Shown: piece by piece, positions 39,982-47,838 of the stretch
Position numbering within the stretch: position 1 is the stretch's first letter
Layout of the letters: every line of letters begins with the position of its first letter
Position numbers and translations under genes: made by a program
NCBI GenBank assembly: GCA_016779165.1
Contig: JADHOE010000002.1
Location: 1,402 to 65,401 of the forward strand
Direction: 5' to 3'
Length of the DNA stretch: 64,000 bases
Origin: Candidatus Margulisiibacteriota bacterium
GTDB taxonomy: Bacteria > Margulisbacteria > Marinamargulisbacteria > UBA817
Notes under the pieces: model-generated
The model's input: the letters and a program-made list of their open reading frames with translations, nothing else
What the model was told of the DNA's origin: nothing
Databases searched by the model: none

Positions 39982-40197
39982 TTAATGGTTTTGTCCGCCC
40001 CCAATATATCGAATGATTTCAATGCAATCGTCTTGCTTAATGTGGGTTGTTGCATGCTTGGTCATGGGCAAAATGGCCCCATTCAATTCAACAACCACCC
40101 ATTCTGGGTTTAACTGTTTTTGGTGAATTAATGACGCCACAGAGCACGGAGTCAAATGCACCTGAACCCCATTCAACTGGACGCTTATTTGATCCAA
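39982..40197 (-). CDS. ThiS/MoaD-type beta-grasp sulfur-carrier-like protein with 3-residue extension after GGG
   Basis: 71 aa. Runs MDQISVQLNG...VVVELNGAILP...DCIEIIRYIGGGQNH. The length and the IEI-x4-GGG end resemble ThiS. The start lies 13 nt inside the lepB 3' end. Confidence 0.7.
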   Translation of the reverse strand: MDQISVQLNGVQVHLTPCSVASLIHQKQLNPEWVVVELNGAILPMTKHATTHIKQDDCIEIIRYIGGGQNH

Positions 40198-40781
40198 CGA
40201 ATTCGGCTAAACGGCCAATATATGAACATGGCCTGACCAATCAGCTGGTCATTACGAACGAATCCCCAAGCCCTGGAGTCAGCAGAACTATCGCGGTTAT
40301 CCCCCAACACAAAAAAATGGCCATCAGGCACTGTTAACTTGCCGTGATTCGAATAGTCCCTGCGAATGGTCACCCCTGGAAACACCAACAGCTGATCGTT
40401 AACATAAACCAACCCACGGCGAATTTCCACGGTTTCACCAGGCAACCCAATCAATCGTTTGACATACTGCTTGCCATCGCCATGCGGCGAATCAAACAAA
40501 ATAACATCGCCTCGGTTTGGCGAATTAAAATGATACACCAATTTATTCACAAACAATCGGTCTGAATCAAATTTTGATTTACTAACCAATGTGGGCTTCA
40601 TGGAGCCAGAAAAAACCATGGATGACTGCACCACAAATTGACGAAGAAACAGCGCAATAATTAATGCGCCAAGCAATGTTTCAGCAAATTCCAAGGCAAC
40701 TCCCATTTGAGGCCGACGTGTCTTAAACTGAACCTTAAATTGTTTCCATTTAAAGAGCAGACCATTGATTGAACGGAACAT
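40185..40781 (-). CDS. lepB: Signal peptidase I
   Basis: 198 aa. An N-terminal TM, then SGSMKPTL (catalytic Ser), YVKRLIGLPGE (Lys box) and GDNRDSSADSRAWGFV. Confidence 0.93.
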   Translation of the reverse strand: MFRSINGLLFKWKQFKVQFKTRRPQMGVALEFAETLLGALIIALFLRQFVVQSSMVFSGSMKPTLVSKSKFDSDRLFVNKLVYHFNSPNRGDVILFDSPHGDGKQYVKRLIGLPGETVEIRRGLVYVNDQLLVFPGVTIRRDYSNHGKLTVPDGHFFVLGDNRDSSADSRAWGFVRNDQLIGQAMFIYWPFSRIRWIK

Positions 40782-40823
40782 GTAAGTCAGAATATCATTA
40801 AGCAGTATTTTTTGGAAAGAATC

Positions 40824-41705
40824 ATGACATTAAACTATCGAAAATACCATGGGTGCCTGAACGAATTTATATGTGTGGATTTACGCGACACCTCACACGA
40901 CATTGCGCCCTACGTTCCTGGTCTTTGCCAAAAAAAAACGTGGCCGCCCAAGCACCTTCCCGATAAAAACTACATTGGCGCAGATGGCTTGGTGGCTGTA
41001 CACCACTCAGACATTGCAGACTTTAAAATGCAAATCATAAATGCCGATGGCAGTATACCCGAAATGTGTGGCAATGGGTTGCGCTGCTTTGTTGCATTTT
41101 TGCACCACCAACACTTAACACAACACACCTCATTACGCATTGAAACAGGGGCTGGGGTATTGGGTGTTACGGTTCATAATATTACGCCAACAAGCGCCAG
41201 TATATCTGTTGGCATGGGCCAAGCAAAAACGAAGGCCCAGCTGCCCAATGCTGATTTTTTATTGGAATGCCAGACCATGGATGCTATTCCCATTGGACAA
41301 TACAACGTTGTGCCCGTAAGCATGGGAAACCCACACGCCGTTATTTATACATCAAATATTAATGGCATTGATATAAATACCGTTGGCCCGCTTATACAAA
41401 ATGCAGAGTCACCATCGGGTAAACGATGGTTTCCAAATGGCATTAATGTTGAATTTTTAGAACACATTCCAGGCACGCAACGATTGTACATGCGCGTGTT
41501 TGAACGTGGCGTTGGTGAAACCATGGCCTGTGGCACTGGGGCATGCGCCGCTGTGGTGGCAGGCATGTTACACGGGCATTGCCAACCGAGTGAAACTGTT
41601 TTCCTAAAAGGGGGAGAACTGACCATTGATGTTAACCCCACAAATTATGCTGTGACCATGCAAGGCCCAGCACAATTCATGGGCGAAGGCCGCATTGAAT
41701 TATAG
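40824..41705 (+). CDS. dapF: Diaminopimelate epimerase
   Basis: Carries HGCLNEFICVD, EMCGNGLRCF, SMGNPHAV and ACGTGACAAV, which include both catalytic Cys. The ORF track uses the TTG at 40812. The ATG at 40824 (MTLNYRKYHG) fits the family N-terminus. Confidence 0.92.
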   Translation: MTLNYRKYHGCLNEFICVDLRDTSHDIAPYVPGLCQKKTWPPKHLPDKNYIGADGLVAVHHSDIADFKMQIINADGSIPEMCGNGLRCFVAFLHHQHLTQHTSLRIETGAGVLGVTVHNITPTSASISVGMGQAKTKAQLPNADFLLECQTMDAIPIGQYNVVPVSMGNPHAVIYTSNINGIDINTVGPLIQNAESPSGKRWFPNGINVEFLEHIPGTQRLYMRVFERGVGETMACGTGACAAVVAGMLHGHCQPSETVFLKGGELTIDVNPTNYAVTMQGPAQFMGEGRIEL

Positions 41706-41751
41706 GTGCTGGCGAATGTGATGCATATTATTTAAACTTAAAGGTAACAAA

Positions 41752-42528
41752 ATGAAAAAAATACTTTTATGGTGTTGGTTGTTCGTAATGGTTTCTGCCC
41801 CAGTAAGCGCATTGAATTCCCCTGCCCCTGTGTTGACTGGGCGAGATGTGATGCAAATGGTACAAAAAGAAAATCAGAAAAAAACCACAAGAAAAGCGAC
41901 TGTGCATATGACAATAACCGACAAAAAAAATAAAGAACGGGTTCGCTACTTTACGTACGCAACCAAATACAGCCCAAAAATAACACGCCATTTAATCACC
42001 TTTTTTCAGCCAAAACCCGTAAAGGGAACGGCTCTATTGAGTGAAACAGACCATGCCTCAGGCAAAAAAAGCCAATGGGTGTACTTGCCTGCATTCAAAA
42101 GCATCAAGCGGCTAACATCCTCAGATAAAAATAAAAGTTTCATGGGAAGCGACTTTAGTTATTCTGATATTGCTGGCAGAAAACTGGATGACGATACCCA
42201 TCGATTGGTTAAAGAAACGGATGCGCACTTTTTTATTGAAAGCATACCCAAAGATGCATCGAATGCAACGTACTCAAAAATTCGATATGTCATCAGCAAA
42301 GCCCATCGTTTGGTTATAACCGCTAGCTTTTATGGGGCGAATGGCAAAAAATTAAAAACATTAAGCAACTCTAAAGTATCGGTTATCAACGATGTGAACG
42401 TGGTCATGCACTCTGAAATGGTGAATCACATAACCAATGGGCAAACAGTGCTAACCGTCCAGTCCATGGATGTTGGCGGTGACATTCGCGATGATGTGCT
42501 ATCAATTAAAGGGCTAAAGGCGCGATAA
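41752..42528 (+). CDS. LolA-like outer-membrane lipoprotein-sorting family protein (DUF1329-type)
   Basis: 258 aa. Signal peptide MKKILLWCWLFVMVSAPVSA. WVYLPAFKSIKRLTSSDKNKSFMGSDFSYSDI is typical of this family as I recall it. Coupled to the next gene by a TAATG overlap. Confidence 0.65.
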   Translation: MKKILLWCWLFVMVSAPVSALNSPAPVLTGRDVMQMVQKENQKKTTRKATVHMTITDKKNKERVRYFTYATKYSPKITRHLITFFQPKPVKGTALLSETDHASGKKSQWVYLPAFKSIKRLTSSDKNKSFMGSDFSYSDIAGRKLDDDTHRLVKETDAHFFIESIPKDASNATYSKIRYVISKAHRLVITASFYGANGKKLKTLSNSKVSVINDVNVVMHSEMVNHITNGQTVLTVQSMDVGGDIRDDVLSIKGLKAR

Positions 42529-43994
42529 TGCACTGGCTAATTGGGTGTTTGGCCGCGCTATCTTTCGGCTTATTTTCGCAGGTAGACGACGATTGGGGGA
42601 TCATTGAACCAATTGAAGTTATTGCCCCTATTCAGCAACAACCGGCATCGTTTGATGCCTTTTGGAAAGAACACGGGTACGCAAAGCTCCGGCACCAGGT
42701 TGCCATTGGATCACCATTCAGTGATACGCAAATAGAAAATAATGTTACATTGGGCATAAGCGAACAATGGGGCCAAACCCAGTGGGTGCTGGAAGCCAAG
42801 CACAGTACCCGATGGATGCACCGCGATTATACCCAAACCACACCCAATGGCAGAGGCACCCACCACACCACACAATTCTCACAGGCCCTTTACCTGAATC
42901 AAGCATATCTGGTTGCATCACCGCTAAAACAGGTGAGCTTAAGCCTGGGAAAGCAAGCGCATGTGTGGGGGCAACTTGATATGGCGTCGCCCATTGACAT
43001 GTTCTTGCCCATTGATATTAACCCTATGGTTATTCCGGGACTAAAAGCCACCAACCGACGGCCACAAACCACCGCAAAACTTACCCTTTATCCAACACCC
43101 AAGGTTGAAATTTCAGGGTATTACTTCCCCACATTTGAAGAAAGCAAGTGGATACCATCGGTTGATTTAAGCAATGCCTTCACAACCATTGGAGCAGACC
43201 ATACCCTTGTAAAAAAACGGTTGCCATCCAAACATAAACAATCATCTGCTGCGCTTAGAGCCATTTGGTATGCCCCATCATTCACAACAGCCGTTACATA
43301 CTACAATGGCTTTAATACGTTATCGCCAATCATGAAACGCCAGTACATAAACCCACAACTAGGCAACCATGATGCATTGGCTGAATATGGATATTACCAA
43401 AAACAAGGTCTAGGGGTTGAACTGCATGTACCAATGCAACCAGTTGGCGTAAAAGCAGAAATGAGCATTAGCGATGCATATGTATCCATACAGAACGATC
43501 ACCCACAAATTATTCAGGCACTTAAAACCCATAACAATGGGTGGACTGCAATTCCAGCCTATGTTGTTGTATCCGCCATTGGCATTGATGCAAGCACCCC
43601 CACATGGTTCACCAATGCTTACGTATTTAATGTTACTCACATCAAGCGGTCATCAACCGCATCATTTTGGCACATATACAACCAACACGCCAACGAAGGT
43701 GATGCAATCGATAATGTACCCGTATTTCCCGTTCTCAATATTGGCCGGCATTTTGGCTTAGAAAAGAAAGCCACGGTAGGGGTTGCTACGGGGGTGTTTT
43801 CAGGGGTTTTTGGCACGTCTTTATATGGGGCATATAGCGTCAATGATTCCCTGAGATTGGATGCAAGCGTGGCATCTGATATGCATGGGCCCGATGCGGT
43901 GTGGCTGGCCCAAGACCTAACGGGCATTCACGGCTATAAAGAGTTTCCCCGACCATCGTTACGTGTGTCTGTTGGAATGGAGGTCAAGATATGA
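42528..43994 (+). CDS. DUF1302-like outer-membrane beta-barrel protein
   Basis: 488 aa with a signal-like N-terminus. LGKQAHVWGQLDMASPIDMF resembles the DUF1302 LGRQxxxWGE...D motif. Aromatic-rich strand pattern. Confidence 0.55.
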   Translation: MHWLIGCLAALSFGLFSQVDDDWGIIEPIEVIAPIQQQPASFDAFWKEHGYAKLRHQVAIGSPFSDTQIENNVTLGISEQWGQTQWVLEAKHSTRWMHRDYTQTTPNGRGTHHTTQFSQALYLNQAYLVASPLKQVSLSLGKQAHVWGQLDMASPIDMFLPIDINPMVIPGLKATNRRPQTTAKLTLYPTPKVEISGYYFPTFEESKWIPSVDLSNAFTTIGADHTLVKKRLPSKHKQSSAALRAIWYAPSFTTAVTYYNGFNTLSPIMKRQYINPQLGNHDALAEYGYYQKQGLGVELHVPMQPVGVKAEMSISDAYVSIQNDHPQIIQALKTHNNGWTAIPAYVVVSAIGIDASTPTWFTNAYVFNVTHIKRSSTASFWHIYNQHANEGDAIDNVPVFPVLNIGRHFGLEKKATVGVATGVFSGVFGTSLYGAYSVNDSLRLDASVASDMHGPDAVWLAQDLTGIHGYKEFPRPSLRVSVGMEVKI

Positions 43995-46222
43995 TGTCGT
44001 TTCGTGTGGCGAAATACATTATCTTTTTTATGTTACTGGCATTTGGGGCATTGTTATTTCGGGTGATCCCACAATTATCGTTTAACAATGATTATTGGTT
44101 ACCCAATGACAACCCCTATCAGCGTGATTTAAATACCCTAGAACAAGAATTCCAACCGGGGTTTGGGAGTGTGGTGGTGCTGTCATTTCCAGACGCATTC
44201 TTTACAAACGATAACCTGGCATTTTTTCGACAATTTAAACAACAAATTGAATCCCTTGATCATGTGGTTAAGGTGAATTCACCACTCGATGCCACTGTTA
44301 TCATGAATGCGGATGATACCCTACGCATTGAAACCTACAATGATGCACTTACCAACGGCCACATTGCATCTGTTGATGCGTATCGATCATTGTTCCTTAA
44401 AAGCCCATACCATGAAAAATTATTATCCAACAACGAACAATGGGTCGCACTTAGTGTATCCATCGACAAAAAAAATGATGGAAAAGACTTGCATCGACGA
44501 GTCAGCAGCGTGTTGGAAATTAAAGAAATACTGCAGTCACTGCCCCAATATGTTAATGGGTTTATTACTGGGGACGCTGCCATTTTTTATGAAATGGATA
44601 CCGCTACCCAACACAACTTGGTGCGGTTATTGCCATTGGCGTTTGGCTTATTGTTATTGATTGCGTGGATATTTCTTAAGCAATGGCGATCGGTGGTTAT
44701 TGTCATTGTACCAACACTCATCAACCTTGGTCTGGTGCCCATTTTTATTGTGATGCTTGGCCATACCATTACCATTGTAAACATTACTTTGTTTATTCTA
44801 GCCCTGGTAATCACCATTGCAGACAGCATTCACATCCTCAATTATTGGGAACGGTATGTATTGAATAAGTCCCCCCACCCAATTGCTGACACCATACGGG
44901 CCTCATGGTTGCCTTGCTTTATTACATCGATTACCACCGCCGTTGGGTTTGGTAGCTTTGTAACCAGTGCCATTATTCCATTGAACCATTATGGGATTGA
45001 ATCATTTTTAGTCATGCTATTTGCCTATGTGGTGGTCATGACCATGGTGCCGTTTTTGCTTCACCTATTGCCCCCCCATGTTCGATCAAAAACAGACACA
45101 TTATTGTTTCCAACAGTGGTATCCAAATGTGCCCAACTGATTGCCAATCATTATAAAAAAATCAGCATATTAACCATTGCGTTTGCATTAGTTATTTCTC
45201 AAGTGCTTTGGTTTGCAACCACAGAAACCAGCTTCATTTCTGTTTTTTTTAACCATGAGCACCCCGTTCAAAAACAAGTGGCCTTGGTGGACACGCATTT
45301 TACTGGGTCTGGCCGGTTGGACGTATTAATTAAAACCAATGCACCCGATACATTTAAATCGATTGACGCATTTAACAAACTCAACAGTACCATTAACCAA
45401 AGCCTCTCCCATCCATTGCTAAAAAGCACTGTTGACATGACCATGCCAGTATCAATGATCCATCAAAGTTTCAACAATAACGCATCCCCGCTACCAACAA
45501 CCAGCGATGAATTGGAGCAAGAGTTGTTATTCCTAGAGTTTTCGCGGGGTGAAACCAAAACCGATGTACTAAGCGCTGTGGTTGACTTCGATTATCAAAA
45601 CCTGCGGGTTGAATACATAACCGAGCAACTAAACACACAAGGCATAAAGGATGCCATTCAGTTTTTAAACGAATCCTTTAAATCGTTTGATATTGGCACT
45701 GTTGCCATTACTGGGGGCCAATTTTTATCCTATGTGTTGGGCAACTATGTCATGCAATCTCAGTTTATTACCATTATCATTACCTTGTCGTTCGTATGGC
45801 TCATATTTATTGGATTGTATGGCCTTCGCTTGGGGTCCATTGGAATGATTCCAAATACAATCCCACTGGTATTAACCCTTAGCTTGTTGCCCATTACAAA
45901 CACCCCCTTTGATTTTGCAACTGTTTTAATATCAAGCATCACCTTGGGGCTTTGTGTGGATGACACCATTCATTGGCTGCACTACTACACATTATGCAAA
46001 CAACACGGGGACCAAAACCCCGCCATAAAAACCACCCAGGCCATGTTCAAGCCCCTATTTCTTACCTCCATCATTTTAGGGGTGGGGTTTGGGGTATTAA
46101 GCATTGCCAACTTGGTGATTCTTAAAACCTTTGGGTTGTTTACGGCATTGTCCATTTGCTTGGCATTTTTTGCGGATGTAATTTTATTGCCTGCCATTCT
46201 TCGTTGGCGAAAATTCATGTGA
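43991..46222 (+). CDS. MMPL/RND-superfamily exporter (COG1033-type)
   Basis: 743 aa. Two blocks of about 5-6 TM helices each follow a large extracytoplasmic loop, giving a pseudo-twofold RND/MMPL topology. The start overlaps the upstream stop (ATGA). Confidence 0.75.
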   Translation: MMSFRVAKYIIFFMLLAFGALLFRVIPQLSFNNDYWLPNDNPYQRDLNTLEQEFQPGFGSVVVLSFPDAFFTNDNLAFFRQFKQQIESLDHVVKVNSPLDATVIMNADDTLRIETYNDALTNGHIASVDAYRSLFLKSPYHEKLLSNNEQWVALSVSIDKKNDGKDLHRRVSSVLEIKEILQSLPQYVNGFITGDAAIFYEMDTATQHNLVRLLPLAFGLLLLIAWIFLKQWRSVVIVIVPTLINLGLVPIFIVMLGHTITIVNITLFILALVITIADSIHILNYWERYVLNKSPHPIADTIRASWLPCFITSITTAVGFGSFVTSAIIPLNHYGIESFLVMLFAYVVVMTMVPFLLHLLPPHVRSKTDTLLFPTVVSKCAQLIANHYKKISILTIAFALVISQVLWFATTETSFISVFFNHEHPVQKQVALVDTHFTGSGRLDVLIKTNAPDTFKSIDAFNKLNSTINQSLSHPLLKSTVDMTMPVSMIHQSFNNNASPLPTTSDELEQELLFLEFSRGETKTDVLSAVVDFDYQNLRVEYITEQLNTQGIKDAIQFLNESFKSFDIGTVAITGGQFLSYVLGNYVMQSQFITIIITLSFVWLIFIGLYGLRLGSIGMIPNTIPLVLTLSLLPITNTPFDFATVLISSITLGLCVDDTIHWLHYYTLCKQHGDQNPAIKTTQAMFKPLFLTSIILGVGFGVLSIANLVILKTFGLFTALSICLAFFADVILLPAILRWRKFM

Positions 46223-46226
46223 TGCC

Positions 46227-47114
46227 ATGTCAGTAATTGCCTTTGGGTATTATGGGTTTAATAATGTTGGCGACGACCAATTATTAACTGAAACCATGGC
46301 CATTCTTACTGATTTAAGCATCGACAACCCCATTGTGGCGAATGGACCTGCCACCATTTCGTATCCATCATTTAATCGGTGGAATCTGTTGTCATGGGTG
46401 GGCCAGTTAATCCGACACAACACGTTATTATTTGGTGGCGGCAGCATTTTTCAATCGATGACTGGGTTTGGGTCACTGCTCTATTATGCCGTGATTGTTC
46501 AACTGGCATATGCATGCAACTGCAACGTGATGCTTTTGTGCCACGGCTGGGGCCCCTTCAAACAAAAATGGCACGAACGCTTCGCTGCGTGGACACTACG
46601 AAAGGCATGCCGTTCCTGGCGATTGCCTCCCCCAGCCTGTTTTTATTCTGACCCAGTGTTTTGTGATCTTACGTTAACGCAACCACTGCCAACCATATCG
46701 AAGAACGCAAGTGGGATTGGCATATCCATTCGATCCGCCGAAATGGCCGCGCAAGTTAACCATTACTTTCAAGTGATGGGATCTAGCGCACCCATAAATT
46801 GCAATGAAAATAAACTCATTGCAGCCACATGGTACAGCAACCACACGCCCCTTGAACTGTTGGTAACGGATCGCCTGCATAGTGCCATTTGGGCCAGCCG
46901 TCACGGCATTCCTTGGGTTGGTATTTCAACTGACCCCAAGTTAATGCATATTGCCAACCAGGCCAACCAACCCTGCTTTTCAACCATCGATCATTTTGTC
47001 GCCATGTTTAATTGGACGGCTATTGATGGTAAACACCTTCAGCATTGGGTCACTACCCATAGCAAACAACGCCATCGTATTCAGAAGTGGTTGCATGAAC
47101 ACATTTCACATTAA
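46227..47114 (+). CDS. csaB: Polysaccharide pyruvyl transferase CsaB-like
   Basis: 295 aa. The N-terminal GYYGFNNVGDDQLL is the hallmark of the pyruvyl transferase family. RLHSAIWA lies near the C-terminus. Confidence 0.75.
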   Translation: MSVIAFGYYGFNNVGDDQLLTETMAILTDLSIDNPIVANGPATISYPSFNRWNLLSWVGQLIRHNTLLFGGGSIFQSMTGFGSLLYYAVIVQLAYACNCNVMLLCHGWGPFKQKWHERFAAWTLRKACRSWRLPPPACFYSDPVFCDLTLTQPLPTISKNASGIGISIRSAEMAAQVNHYFQVMGSSAPINCNENKLIAATWYSNHTPLELLVTDRLHSAIWASRHGIPWVGISTDPKLMHIANQANQPCFSTIDHFVAMFNWTAIDGKHLQHWVTTHSKQRHRIQKWLHEHISH

Positions 47115-47784
47115 ATCAATTCCCATTTCAATTGGACCTAAAAGTGCCATTAACGCATGGGCAATGCACGCCATTGATAATGCCCCCTTCACTCCCGTTG
47201 TCACCTTCAATACCACCATGATTGGAGCGCATGACGCGCCGCTTCGTGACTGGCTCATTGAACATGCCATTTTTTTTGCCGATGGCATTGGAGTCAGCGC
47301 ATTCATGTTATTAAGATACGGCATACATGCCCCCCGCTACCCAGGGATTGAATTGGCTGAAACCATATTGGGCCATCACCCAGGCCTTCGAATTGCCTTG
47401 ATCGGGGCTCGCCCAGAATCATTGGGTGGCACCATTGATTGGATCCATCGCACCTACCCCAACCATTGCATTTGCTTTTCAGCCGATGGGGTTACCCCAT
47501 TAACACCGTCTGATGTTCTGGCACTGTCGAATGCCAACCCATCCCTAACCTTAGTGGCATTGGGGTGCCCAAAGCAGGAGCTTTTGATGCAACAATTGGC
47601 CCCTGTTCTTGATTCAGGCATTGCCATTGGGGTTGGCGGGAGTTTTGACGTATGGTCTGGCATAAAAAAAAGAGCCCCTAAGGGTGTGCGAATGGTGGGC
47701 CTTGAATGGTTGTATCGCTTAATGAAAGAACCTTGGCGACTACCACGCTTGGGCCGCTCGCTGTGGGCATTCATCCGGCATTAA
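47095..47784 (+). CDS. tagA: WecG/TagA/CpsF-family glycosyltransferase
   Basis: Carries ALGCPKQE, GVGGSFDVWSGIKKRAP and GLEWLYRLMKEPWR. I use the Met at 47095, a 20-nt overlap with csaB. The ORF track N-terminus from 46951 lies inside csaB. Confidence 0.8.
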   Translation: MNTFHIKSIPISIGPKSAINAWAMHAIDNAPFTPVVTFNTTMIGAHDAPLRDWLIEHAIFFADGIGVSAFMLLRYGIHAPRYPGIELAETILGHHPGLRIALIGARPESLGGTIDWIHRTYPNHCICFSADGVTPLTPSDVLALSNANPSLTLVALGCPKQELLMQQLAPVLDSGIAIGVGGSFDVWSGIKKRAPKGVRMVGLEWLYRLMKEPWRLPRLGRSLWAFIRH

Positions 47785-47838
47785 TTGGCACAAAACCCCA
47801 CGTTTAATCTTCAGTTAAAGTGGGAATAATAAAGAGGT

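Noticed and set aside
46951-47094. The ORF-track N-terminal extension of the tagA-like gene, which would overlap the last 164 nt of csaB and suggest an overlapping or fused gene.
   Set aside because: The extension (MPTRPTNPAFQPSIILSPCL...) has no family resemblance. The WecG/TagA homology begins after the Met at 47095. A 20-nt overlap is in line with the other junctions.
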